A stretch of 64,000 nucleotides of DNA from a virus. The translations under genes and the position numbers were made by a program. Shown piece after piece: positions 1 to 9,155 of the stretch (the first letter of the stretch is position 1; each line of letters opens with the position of its first letter). A model generated the notes under the pieces. That model was not told the origin of the DNA. It did not search any database and was given only the letters and a program-made list of their open reading frames with translations. The stretch lies in the IMG/VR virus record IMGVR_UViG_3300049827_000246, positions 4,566-68,565 of that record, one strand, 5' to 3'.

Positions 1-1
1 G

Positions 2-682
2 GGCCCGAAACTGGTACCATTCATCTTGAGTAACGTTAAATGCGGTGAGTTTGCCAGTAAGGAAGCATGCTGTGTCGATGCAGAGGGCATCCTTCACTTC
101 ATAGGGTTGCGAACCGCGTGGAGTGTGGCCGAAGACAGCTTGCTTGAGATGAGGAGCCCACTTCTCAAACTGAGGCCCCTTCTTTAGGAAGGAACCGCGA
201 TTCCACACAAACTCTTCGCGGAGGTCGTGGCTAACCATATACTCTCCGGGATCAATACCAGGAAAGCAACCGGCGTGGGAGAAGAAAGTTTCGCCGCTTG
301 TCGCGTAGTAAGGAAGGGACCGGATCCAGGGGGCAAACTTTGCCAGTTTATCGAAATTGGCAACGTCACCGCCATTGTAAACCCAGTCGCCCATACCGTA
401 GCCGTCGACGGCGTTAAGCAGCATCATCTCATGGTTGCCAATTAGGGCCGTGCAGCAGAGAATGCCGTATTTCTTCGGGTCTTCGCAAAGAGCCTTGACG
501 AGACGAAGCACTTTCAGGTCATCGCCTGGTTGCTTGGCCCGGTCAATCATGTCGCCTAAAATGAATACCCTGGCGCCAGAGTTCTTCACCCATGCGACAA
601 ATTTGCGTAAGGCACCAATTTGACCGTGGATGTCTGAGATAGCAATAACATCGCCGGGGGCGGGCTTGGGTGGTTGTTTCAT
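2..682 (-). CDS. Calcineurin-like metallophosphoesterase (lambda-type Ser/Thr protein phosphatase family), 3' end runs off the window
   Basis: Not in the ORF track. Hand translation from ATG 682 gives MKQPPKPAPGDVIAISDIHG...ILGDMIDRA...LIGNHE...FSHAG...VFGHTP...CIDTAC, the full DxH/GDxxDR/GNHE/HAG/GHT motif set. Confidence 0.88.
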   Translation of the reverse strand, partial: MKQPPKPAPGDVIAISDIHGQIGALRKFVAWVKNSGARVFILGDMIDRAKQPGDDLKVLRLVKALCEDPKKYGILCCTALIGNHEMMLLNAVDGYGMGDWVYNGGDVANFDKLAKFAPWIRSLPYYATSGETFFSHAGCFPGIDPGEYMVSHDLREEFVWNRGSFLKKGPQFEKWAPHLKQAVFGHTPRGSQPYEVKDALCIDTACFLTGKLTAFNVTQDEWYQFRA

Positions 683-705
683 GGCCGTTGTTTCGGTATG
701 AGGGA

Positions 706-750
706 ACTATAGCGTGCTTGGGGCCAACAGCAAAGGGCGGGTAACCGCCC
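706..750 (-). promoter_or_regulatory. Sigma70-like promoter with upstream 16-bp palindromic box
   Basis: Minus strand reads GGGCGGTTACCCGCCC-TTTGCT...TATAGT; this architecture recurs 9 times. Confidence 0.7.
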
Positions 751-1025
751 TGTTTCCATTTATTGGAGGTAGTAGGGGGGCCGCCTCCCATGCCGGTGGT
801 CACGTTCCTGCCGCATGGCGCGAAAGAGCCAATAGCAAGCAGCGGGGAGCCCGAGGGCGGGGATTGAACCGGCTGAACTGATGCTAGCAACAAGTTGGAA
901 GGCAAGCAGGGAAACTGGGATGATGCTGGCTAGGATCAGGCAGAGGAGAACCAAGGAAAGCAGCGAACGGCGCATTTGCTGGCTGGATGGTTGCGGTAGG
1001 TGAGACTACTATAGCCGTGGCGCAA

Positions 1026-1466
1026 TTAGTATGAGCTTCTGAAGTAATAATCGCCGACGCGGTCAACCTCTTGGTCCAGTAGGTACTCGGAGGTAGCCTC
1101 CCAGTCGATGACAATCCGGTAATCCAGCCGATCTAACTCGCAGGTACACTCGGTAAAGTACTCCTCGGCCATGTTGCGAGGGTTAAGGTACTCGCCGATG
1201 TAGGCTGCCTCGAAGTGCTCCAGGTCGGAGAGACCGGCGTGGCTGATCCAAGCTTCGACGGCAGGGAAAGTGTACTCTTCGCCGAGCTCAATGTATTCTT
1301 CGTAGTACTCAACGAAATCACTCTCGGAGTATTCGTCGATGAAGATAAGAGCGTCCTCCAGGCAGTAAGCACCGCCCTCGCCGTCTTCACCGCAAAGCTC
1401 TTCGAGCACGGTGATGGTCTCAGGAGCGAGGGTCTCGCGATAGTTTGCTGTCAGGGTGATTGGCAT
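1026..1466 (-). CDS. ArdA-like antirestriction (DNA-mimic) protein
   Basis: Very acidic 146 aa with ArdA-like C-terminal pattern EAAYIGEY...MAEEY...IDWEA. Confidence 0.6.
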   Translation of the reverse strand: MPITLTANYRETLAPETITVLEELCGEDGEGGAYCLEDALIFIDEYSESDFVEYYEEYIELGEEYTFPAVEAWISHAGLSDLEHFEAAYIGEYLNPRNMAEEYFTECTCELDRLDYRIVIDWEATSEYLLDQEVDRVGDYYFRSSY

Positions 1467-1505
1467 GGTCCCGAGTGGTTGGGGATGAATGTAGTTTAAC
1501 GTGAA

Positions 1506-2308
1506 CTAGGAACAAACCAAAGAGGCAAGGTCACTTGCTAAACCGACCTTCTCGATGTTTACAGGCGCGTCGAAGATCCTGCGAGTGGTACTAAGCTTGT
1601 AGACAACTCCGTCAACGACAAGCATTTCATCACGATAATCGCATTCTTTTGCCATATCGTACAGTTTGTGTTCTTGCTCCCCGACTTTCCTCCTCAAGTC
1701 TTCGAGGCGAGCCTGTTGCTTGAAGAGTGTCAGTGGCGTTGGCGGTTGCTTCTTGGTCTTTGACATTGCTGTTTCTTGGGTTGATGTTTCTTAGACTGCT
1801 CGCAGGCCGTCAGTCAAAGAGGTCGCTGTCGGCGAGGGAAACCATGTTGGCTACCGTGTTAAAATCGGCCATTTCCTCCGGAGTAGCAACTTCTTCGAGT
1901 TTCAGGGCCAATTTGGCATCGCTGTAGTCCTCGAGCATGTTGCGGTATACTCGATAGAAGAAATGCTGTAAGTCTTGGGGTGTCATGGCAGCCAGCTCTC
2001 GCTCGGTAATGAGATCGATGGCAGCATTGCGCAAAGAAGTGGAAAGAGGTTTTACCGAGATCATGGGGGGGCTTTGACTGAGGTTACTATAGCGTGCTGC
2101 CTTCCGGTGGCAAAGGGCGGGAAACCGCCCACGTCTCCTTCAGGGCCGACAAGGTTTTTTGAAGGTCCTCAATTTGTTTAGCGCGAAACTCGTGGTCGAA
2201 TTTACAGTATTCTCCGAGTTCTTCGCTCTCAAGTTGGAACTCGATGCAATTGGCAAGGAATTTTAGTCGCCACAGTGCGCGATGCTCGATTTTTCTTTGG
2301 TTTTTCAT
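1506..2308 (-). other. Three small hypothetical ORFs (1506-1766, 1810-2064, 2087-2308)
   Basis: ATG-started, co-oriented ORFs with no recognisable motifs. Confidence 0.6.
2086..2130 (-). promoter_or_regulatory. Sigma70-like promoter with palindromic box
   Basis: GGGCGGTTTCCCGCCC-TTTGCC...TATAGT upstream of ATG 2064. Confidence 0.7.
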
Positions 2309-2347
2309 CAAGGTTAGCGTGATTGAAGGAATTATAGGGAGTGAGGC

Positions 2348-2511
2348 CAAAGGTAACCGCGTTGCGGCGTCCGGGTAAACGCAACCTCCAACACCTAAAT
2401 TATTTTGAGAGTTTCTAAAAAAAAAACTCAAAAGTTTTTTGAAACTTTGCGAGTGGTCACATGGGAGTTGTAACCTGTTAGTTGCCATACGCCGCAACGC
2501 GGTTACCTTTG
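2348..2511. repeat. Perfect 23-bp inverted repeat flanking an AT-rich core (candidate origin or MITE-like element)
   Basis: CAAAGGTAACCGCGTTGCGGCGT (2348-2370) and its exact reverse complement (2489-2511), with A/T tracts between. Confidence 0.85.
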
Positions 2512-3165
2512 TGGTGCAACCACCACCTTACTAACCTTTCCGTTTTTCTTAACAGCTTTCCACACCCACCCTCTTTCCTCCAGCCTTTTCTTCACTGTGC
2601 GATATACTTTACTGTTAGCTTCCATGCCCAAACTGATGGGAATTTCAATTGCAGGAACGGTCCCATCTTCCCTAACCAACTCCCACAACTTTCGCTCAAC
2701 TTCGGTTATTTCGTGCTCCGCGTCAGTAACGGGAAAGTTTATCTTGATTGAGGAAATTTCTCCGATATCAAAAATCCTTTCCCATAAATCTCTCCCCTTC
2801 ACTAAATTTCTCCGACGTCCCGGCTCGAACTTGACGCCAGCATTCGGAAACAGTTCAACAGCAATTGTGAGAAGATATTTCTGCTCACCGGGATAAGGAT
2901 TCTTCTCAACCGTTTCCGCCAAGTCCCGAACCAATTCCTCAACAACCAGCAAAGCGTCATTATACGCAATACGCTCAGCCAACGCATCAGCGTCGGGAGC
3001 GTGCCACTCTTTATCCTTGCGGTAATCCTTATATGTCTCAATCGCAAATTTCTTACGAAGCAGCCAATGCTGATTCTGGACTCCCAACCAACCCAAGAAT
3101 TTCGTCAAGGTACTCACGAGCCAATCGAGAGTAGTACTGAGCGAGGCGGAAGTCGTCTTGGTCAT
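2503..3165 (-). CDS. Hypothetical protein, 220 aa, basic C-terminus (possibly DNA-binding)
   Basis: ORF track; its stop codon lies inside the right inverted repeat. Confidence 0.65.
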   Translation of the reverse strand: MTKTTSASLSTTLDWLVSTLTKFLGWLGVQNQHWLLRKKFAIETYKDYRKDKEWHAPDADALAERIAYNDALLVVEELVRDLAETVEKNPYPGEQKYLLTIAVELFPNAGVKFEPGRRRNLVKGRDLWERIFDIGEISSIKINFPVTDAEHEITEVERKLWELVREDGTVPAIEIPISLGMEANSKVYRTVKKRLEERGWVWKAVKKNGKVSKVVVAPQR

Positions 3166-3335
3166 GATAAGCTCTTGCCAGAGTCAGGCAATGCTCGAGA
3201 ATCATGACTTTACGCCGGTAAGCGTCTTTGTCAATCATTGCCATAATGTAATTTGGGGAACCGAAGTAGTGCTCCCAAGGGCCATTATGAAACCCAACAC
3301 TACTCCGGCGTTGACTGTATTATACCCAGTGACGG

Positions 3336-3842
3336 TTAGTGTAAACCCCTCAAGCCGAAACCTTGCTCAACAACTTTCACTGGATAGTTCTCTCGCAAGT
3401 TACGCATCCTTGTTCGCATGCCTTTCCGCCAAGAAGCATTCTGGTTGCTGCGATTGGCATTTCTCTCATCGAGAAGTTCTTCGTCAGCACTCAGAAAGTA
3501 AACAAGAACATTACCGCACTCACTATAGAAAAAATCAAAGAACTTGCTGTTTGAGAACCGCTCGCCTTCCCAATAGAAGGTCCAGGTATCGTAATCAGAG
3601 TCCAGGTTCTTGGCAGCCAGCCACTCGCGATACTTGGGGCCACATCCCTTGGAAAGCCGGTCAGTGCCCGAGAACACCTGATCGTCGTAGATTCCGGCTA
3701 CGATCACTTTATCCTGATTGTAGCGAGTGTAAGTAACCAGCCCCTCCTTGACAACTTCCTTGGGTCCCAAGCCAGCCAGAAAATCACGCATAACCGTGCT
3801 CTTTCCCGCAGCTGGCTCTCCAATCAATCCGATAATCTTCAT
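3336..3842 (-). CDS. P-loop nucleotide kinase of the type associated with DNA base-modification clusters
   Basis: Walker A GEPAAGKST, plus GTDRLS and EGERF motifs. Confidence 0.75.
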   Translation of the reverse strand: MKIIGLIGEPAAGKSTVMRDFLAGLGPKEVVKEGLVTYTRYNQDKVIVAGIYDDQVFSGTDRLSKGCGPKYREWLAAKNLDSDYDTWTFYWEGERFSNSKFFDFFYSECGNVLVYFLSADEELLDERNANRSNQNASWRKGMRTRMRNLRENYPVKVVEQGFGLRGLH

Positions 3843-4228
3843 TTCTCAGTCAGTTCGTGAACAAGGTGAACAACTTTAACTTCAGGCACCATGCTTTCGA
3901 TAATGGCTTTCTGAATCGGGTCATCCTCAAAGAATAGCTCGATCCTACTAAACTTAAGCAACTCACGCAAGGTAATAGCCTTGTGGTAGCCGGAAATTTC
4001 GCGAGTGCGTAGGGCAACCGGAACCTGGCTGAAATAAATCCGGTTCTTGATACCAAAGTGATCACACCAGGATTCTGTCTTTGCCTGCTCCTGAAAGGAG
4101 CGCCCGGTAATGATCACATCATCAGGCCCAGGGTAAACCCCCGGGCTATCATTACCAAAATAAACGACGCCGTCGAAGTCGAAGGCATTGATAGTTCTCA
4201 TAGGGAAAGCCCAGGGGGGAAGGTACAC
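3839..4228 (-). CDS. Capless HAD-superfamily phosphatase
   Basis: Motif I FDFDGV, motif II ITGR, motif III K, motif IV FEDD. Confidence 0.8.
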   Translation of the reverse strand: MYLPPWAFPMRTINAFDFDGVVYFGNDSPGVYPGPDDVIITGRSFQEQAKTESWCDHFGIKNRIYFSQVPVALRTREISGYHKAITLRELLKFSRIELFFEDDPIQKAIIESMVPEVKVVHLVHELTEK

Positions 4229-4231
4229 GGA

Positions 4232-5383
4232 TCAGATAGTGGAAGGAGTCTTGCCGGAGAGGAAGGTGTTTCGAGCCTTCATTCCGTCGAAATCCCGAGC
4301 AGCAAACGCTTCGCACTCGGCCTTGGCGTCAGCATACATCATCTGCTGAGGGGGAGTCTTCTGAGTCCATGCGCTCGGCCCACGCAGGGCACCCACAATA
4401 CCTTCCTCCTTAGCAACCTTCAAGTATCGAATAGCATCAATCACCACACCAGCCGAGTTTTCCGAGTCCTGCACCGAAAGCTTCGCGTCAATCTCGATAG
4501 GAGCGCCACCAAAACCCTCCAGCTCGATCTTAAAGTAGGCTACTTTGTTATCCTTCAGGTGAGGGATAAAGGTGGAAGGGCCGGCGAACAGAGCATCATC
4601 ATCCACGGGAATACCTCGGATGTCATTTTGAGCCCGAATAACATTCTCTTTCGAGATTTTCTTGGAAGCAAGTCGCTCCTGGTTCATCATATTGCCAAAG
4701 TCGGTGTTACCGCCAACGTTCAGCTGTTGGTGATAGCGTACAACGGCACCGCGATCAAACGCAAGTTCCTGCAGAACCTGTGACATAACCGAAGCCCCTA
4801 CCTGGGAACGCATGTCGTCGCCCACAATCGGCAGCCCCGCGTCAATAAACCGTTTCTCCCACACAGGGTCACTGGCGATAAACACCGGGATGCAATTCAG
4901 GAAGGAAACGCCAGCGTTCAGGCAGCACTCAGCCAGGTACTCGGTGGCAATCTGGCTACCCACCGGCAGGTAATTCAGCAGGATATCTGCCCCCGAATCA
5001 CGCAAAACCTGAGCAACATCCACCGGCTCTTCGTTTGAGATCCGGAAACCGTGCCGCTCAGGGTACTCCAGCATATGTTGGCTTACCCCGTCGTAAACGG
5101 GAGCCATCTGCACCACGGGCCCCATCGGCACATTCGGACAGAACACCCGAGCACAGTTGGGAGCGGCAAAGATGGCCTCGCCCAGAGGACGGCCAACCTT
5201 GCGACGATCCACATCGAAAGCAGCAACAAACTCGATGTCGGCAGGATGATAGCCTCCGATACGGGCAAACATCACGCCAGGAATATTATCCTCTTCGTGA
5301 TCTTTGTAGAAATTAACTCCTTGGACGAGAGCCGACGCGCAGTTACCAACGCCGGCAATCGCCACTTTGATTTTCTTAGACAT
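4232..5383 (-). CDS. ino1: Myo-inositol-1-phosphate synthase
   Basis: IAGVGNCASALVQG, AFDVD, NYLPVGS, FLNCIP, GDDMRSQVGAS, QLNVGGNTDF, SKKISK, DSENSAGVVID. Likely start is ATG 5383 (alternative 5395). Confidence 0.95.
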   Translation of the reverse strand: MSKKIKVAIAGVGNCASALVQGVNFYKDHEEDNIPGVMFARIGGYHPADIEFVAAFDVDRRKVGRPLGEAIFAAPNCARVFCPNVPMGPVVQMAPVYDGVSQHMLEYPERHGFRISNEEPVDVAQVLRDSGADILLNYLPVGSQIATEYLAECCLNAGVSFLNCIPVFIASDPVWEKRFIDAGLPIVGDDMRSQVGASVMSQVLQELAFDRGAVVRYHQQLNVGGNTDFGNMMNQERLASKKISKENVIRAQNDIRGIPVDDDALFAGPSTFIPHLKDNKVAYFKIELEGFGGAPIEIDAKLSVQDSENSAGVVIDAIRYLKVAKEEGIVGALRGPSAWTQKTPPQQMMYADAKAECEAFAARDFDGMKARNTFLSGKTPSTI

Positions 5384-5450
5384 AAACCCTGACATTTCAG
5401 TTTTGAACAAGCAGACATTGGTCCGGGTAGGAGTAGGTCTGCTGCCAACA

Positions 5451-6647
5451 TTATAGAACAGGGGCCGGCAGTGTAAAGTTGGCTGCATAGGTCAGTTCAG
5501 GGACTGACAATTTGTCATCTGCCCAAAATTCCTTCAGCAGTCCCTCATTGGGATCCAGACCCAGTACCTCATGAACATTGGGCATATCGTCAAAGCAATC
5601 ATTCATGTTAATCATCATGCCGGTTCTACCAAAGATAGCGTTATGCCAAGGGACAATTTGCTTGCCCTGGGTGTTTCCAGGCAGGGAGCGAGCAGCTTCG
5701 CGGTACTTAGACCAGTCAATTTCAGGCCAATTTTGGGCATAGTAGAGATACCACTGAGCATGATCTCCCGAGGAATGCCCAGCATACTCCTTGGAGGCCT
5801 TTTCATTGAAAAGCCGCTTGTACATGCACCAGATTGTCTCGCACCGGAAACTATCAACTTTCTTACCGAGATACTTCTGACCCAGCTCGCAATAATCGTG
5901 CACCGTGCTTTGAAACCATTCAATGTCCCGTTTCGACGGTTTATAATCACCGTATTTCCCGACCATTTTCTGGGGCACATTTTCTAACGCACAGAGGCCA
6001 TTCCAGATTGATTGCATCGAGCTATCATTGTGCGGCCCATAACCATCCAGGATTGGAGTTCCTAAGTCAATCGGCAAATCAGCGAGATCGTGCAAAGCTT
6101 GCATCGCCAACCAGGAAGTCATGCGACCATACTTATATAAGCTAGAAATTTCCTCGAAAAGAGCGTAGAAATTCTTCTTCTGAGAGCTGTGCCTCACAAT
6201 ACCACTGATTTTTTCTGTCAAAGTTTTGTTGCCAATCCACTCTTTCACCGATTGACATTGGCGAACAAAGTGACCCTTGTTGTACCGGGCATCCGACCCG
6301 TAAGTTGTGCGGCGCCAATTATCTGCGTGCCAAGTTTCAATATCTTCGATGGAAGTATTGTGAATATAAGGGAAAGTTTGCGTATACGCCCAACTTTGGC
6401 ACGTGCGGTAAGTCATTCCGAAGACCATACCAAACCATAACCGTTGCTCCAGGTCATAATCCTTGCATACGGTTCGCATCCAGTGCCTCTGATCTAAATC
6501 CTCGTGGGTAACACGCCAAGCAAAATACCGGAGAAACAGCTCTTTCCTGTTCTCCGGCAACCGGTAATCTTTTTGAGTGGGGTTCTTCTCGTACGCTTTC
6601 AATTTGCTTTCCGCATAGGCGGGAATGTGCGTGGAAAATCTAGCCAT
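5451..6647 (-). CDS. aGPT-Pplase clade 2 / amino acid:DNA transferase-like protein (HhH-glycosylase fold)
   Basis: N-terminal DYRLPENRKELF, HhH-like LYKYGRMTSW, ETIWCMYKR and YAGH motifs; sits between a TET/JBP-like gene and a P-loop kinase. Likely start is ATG 6647. Confidence 0.72.
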   Translation of the reverse strand: MARFSTHIPAYAESKLKAYEKNPTQKDYRLPENRKELFLRYFAWRVTHEDLDQRHWMRTVCKDYDLEQRLWFGMVFGMTYRTCQSWAYTQTFPYIHNTSIEDIETWHADNWRRTTYGSDARYNKGHFVRQCQSVKEWIGNKTLTEKISGIVRHSSQKKNFYALFEEISSLYKYGRMTSWLAMQALHDLADLPIDLGTPILDGYGPHNDSSMQSIWNGLCALENVPQKMVGKYGDYKPSKRDIEWFQSTVHDYCELGQKYLGKKVDSFRCETIWCMYKRLFNEKASKEYAGHSSGDHAQWYLYYAQNWPEIDWSKYREAARSLPGNTQGKQIVPWHNAIFGRTGMMINMNDCFDDMPNVHEVLGLDPNEGLLKEFWADDKLSVPELTYAANFTLPAPVL

Positions 6648-6709
6648 AATAGGGTCACGTTGCCGTAACCCTAACATAACATTTTGCTGAAAGCGTAAAT
6701 GATTGACTA

Positions 6710-8119
6710 TCAGCCGTTCACAAGTTGAGGCTGGCGAATGACAACTTCCATCTCATCCGGTTCTCCCTTGATGTTCGTGTTGGAGCATCGGGTGTAATCA
6801 TAATTGCCACTCTCGGCCCGCATCTTCTTGTAGTCTTCCCAGTAGACACTGTTCCACATCCCCGGGAACGAGCCAGCCCACTTTTTCTCCCCTGTCCCAA
6901 GCTCAGGATAGTTCTCTACCACATACGGTAGAAACTCTCGACGGCAAGTTTCGCACTCCAAGGTATCAAGCTTAATAACCGAGTCTCGGGAATAGAACAC
7001 ATAGGTAATACTCTCAGCATCGGCGGAAGCGTTCTTCATAGCAGTCATGCTGTGCGGCACCGACTGGTTGTCCCCAATGAAGAGGTCGCCTGTGCGCAAC
7101 CTGAACGCCAGGCGGAGGGGATGCATAATAAAGTCGAAACCTTCGAACTTTCCTGAGTCCAATGCAGTCAGCACCGCAATACCTCCCTCGGCATTATTTC
7201 CGTCACGGTGCACCGCAACTTGGAAGTTGTAATTGATGGTCAGCGACGTGAACGACGTTCCGAAAAGGTTGTACCGTTCATCTTTAACTTGCTCGAAGCG
7301 ATCGTGCAACACTTGCCACCGCTCAGGCATATGTTGCTTTAAGAGGGTATCCACTTCGTGATAAAACCCTTTCTGCGCTTCAAAGTCTTCGTAACGGTCC
7401 ATCGTTGGCTTTGTTAGTCGACCAAAGGGAGTGCGGCCCGAACGATCAATCGTGCCGAAGACAGCAGAATATGCCCGATTTCCCCGAGGTTGCGTTGTCA
7501 CATATCTCTTCTTCGCATCTTTCGCCGCTTTCACCTTATCCGGGGCCACCGCCCACACAGTTCGCAGCCAGTTTTCAAACCATGCCAGTTTTGCCTCATT
7601 CCTCTTCGCAATCGCCTCTTTCCTGTCTTCAGGCAACGTACTCTTCTTACGAACAAGGCTGTCCCATTTTTCGATCTCCTCGAGATCTACCAGGCCATCT
7701 TCCTCCGTCTTACCAACATAGAAGGTGGTTGTTGTTGGTTGGCTATCCTCGGTCATCTCCAGAGCTTCTTCCAACGTGAGTTCTTTCTTGATTGCCAAGG
7801 CAAAGAATTTCCGCTGGCCTTCGGTGACCCGGATCTCGGGATTCGTGTTGATAACTTTGCCAGCGGCTGCTCCACGTTGATCACTCATAAGTGAGCGAGA
7901 GGCCCATTTCCAGTACTGATACGTCTTAGAATCAGGAGTGAGGCCAACAAGTGATTGGACAGCGGCTTTCCGAAAGACAATAGCGAGGGAACCATCGGGA
8001 AGATAAACATCGCAGTCTTCGTCGATAACCTCATCATAGTCTTTCTCTGTAGGAAACCGACCGAGAAGCGAACTATCTGGCTCCTCGTGCAGCTTCTCGA
8101 TAAAAATTTGGCGTACCAT
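6710..8119 (-). CDS. TET/JBP-family 2OG-Fe(II) dioxygenase (5-methylpyrimidine oxidase-like)
   Basis: FGTSFTSLTINYNFQVAVHRD (HxD), GDNQSVPH (distal His), VFYSR, and C-terminal WAGSFPGMWNSVYWEDY typical of phage TET/JBP proteins. Confidence 0.8.
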   Translation of the reverse strand: MVRQIFIEKLHEEPDSSLLGRFPTEKDYDEVIDEDCDVYLPDGSLAIVFRKAAVQSLVGLTPDSKTYQYWKWASRSLMSDQRGAAAGKVINTNPEIRVTEGQRKFFALAIKKELTLEEALEMTEDSQPTTTTFYVGKTEEDGLVDLEEIEKWDSLVRKKSTLPEDRKEAIAKRNEAKLAWFENWLRTVWAVAPDKVKAAKDAKKRYVTTQPRGNRAYSAVFGTIDRSGRTPFGRLTKPTMDRYEDFEAQKGFYHEVDTLLKQHMPERWQVLHDRFEQVKDERYNLFGTSFTSLTINYNFQVAVHRDGNNAEGGIAVLTALDSGKFEGFDFIMHPLRLAFRLRTGDLFIGDNQSVPHSMTAMKNASADAESITYVFYSRDSVIKLDTLECETCRREFLPYVVENYPELGTGEKKWAGSFPGMWNSVYWEDYKKMRAESGNYDYTRCSNTNIKGEPDEMEVVIRQPQLVNG

Positions 8120-8193
8120 AGTCGTTTATTAACTCAGTAGATTTGTACCCACTTGCTGCTTCCTAGCAGCTTGCGCTAAGCATAGCTTGTGAA

Positions 8194-8802
8194 TCAGTTC
8201 GTAAAATCCGAAAGGTCAATGTAAGGATTTTTCTTCATCGCTCGCCACCCCTTGTGCGTTTTATTCGGTTGGAGTCCCGTCTGCGTCATGTGGGACTGAT
8301 CCAGTCCATGTTCACGACAGAAAGCCCTGAGGCTGAAAATCTCATATACCGTGCCATCCGGAGCATAAACGTACCAATGACAGCCGTTTGTCCTATTGGC
8401 TCGCTTGGCGTTTTCTGGTGATTTCCTGAAAGCTACCATTTCATCAGTAAACTGCCCGGTTTTGTTTTTCTTTTGACGGTTCACACTGCTGCACAGGGCC
8501 TCGTAATTCTTCTTATTCAGCTTCTCCCTCTTTGCTAACTTAAAGAGACGTTTCCTTACCACCCGTTCAAGCAGACTGCGTTTGCCCCCTAACCTGTTAG
8601 GTTCTCTCTTCCGCCATTCCTTTACTAGCTCAACAAATTGTTGCCGGAGTCTTTTGTCTTTAGGGAACAGAGACCATTCCAGATATAGCAGGCAAACTTG
8701 CTTACGGTAACTTAGTTGGTTACGCTCTTTCCGAGGGTACTTCGAACGCAAATGAAAGACTGTGTCGGGCAGCATTCGAAATTTCTTACCTGGCGATTTC
8801 AT
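8194..8802 (-). CDS. Homing-endonuclease-related protein with NUMOD1-like DNA-binding C-terminus
   Basis: Very basic; C-terminal PDGTVYEIFSLRAFCREHGLDQSHM...THKGW. No clear nuclease motif seen. Confidence 0.5.
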   Translation of the reverse strand: MKSPGKKFRMLPDTVFHLRSKYPRKERNQLSYRKQVCLLYLEWSLFPKDKRLRQQFVELVKEWRKREPNRLGGKRSLLERVVRKRLFKLAKREKLNKKNYEALCSSVNRQKKNKTGQFTDEMVAFRKSPENAKRANRTNGCHWYVYAPDGTVYEIFSLRAFCREHGLDQSHMTQTGLQPNKTHKGWRAMKKNPYIDLSDFTN

Positions 8803-9014
8803 CTTACAAATAACCCCACAATGTTTACGCACTGCATAAAAGCAACCATGCCAATTACATCCCACATTTTAGTCTGAATGAAGAATGGAACGGACAGGAA
8901 ACTGCTGAGAATAATTATACTCAGTCCTACTTCCCTGGAGACAAACAACAGGGCGATTTGGCCAGCAATCAGGCCGATGTTTGACGCAATTCGCAACGTG
9001 CGGTTGTTTACCAT
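8799..9014 (-). CDS. Small multi-TM membrane protein
   Basis: 71 aa, almost entirely hydrophobic. Confidence 0.65.
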   Translation of the reverse strand: MVNNRTLRIASNIGLIAGQIALLFVSREVGLSIIILSSFLSVPFFIQTKMWDVIGMVAFMQCVNIVGLFVR

Positions 9015-9155
9015 GGCTTAATCCTCGTGATAACCAATCACCGTGTAACCTTGCTTGCGAAGTTCATCCAACGAGCGCTTACCCCAAGGTACGTGTCTCC
9101 ACTCGGTGTTCCCGCCGTAACTTAACAAGTGAACCCACATGTATCGCATTGGTTG

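Noticed and set aside
2348-2511. Autonomous IS element
   Set aside because: No transposase between or near the repeats and no clear target-site duplication.
4232-5383. ino1 as a phospholipid or compatible-solute auxiliary gene
   Set aside because: No CDP-alcohol phosphotransferase, nucleotidyltransferase or glycosyltransferase is nearby, and it is embedded among DNA-modification genes. This is disfavoured rather than excluded.
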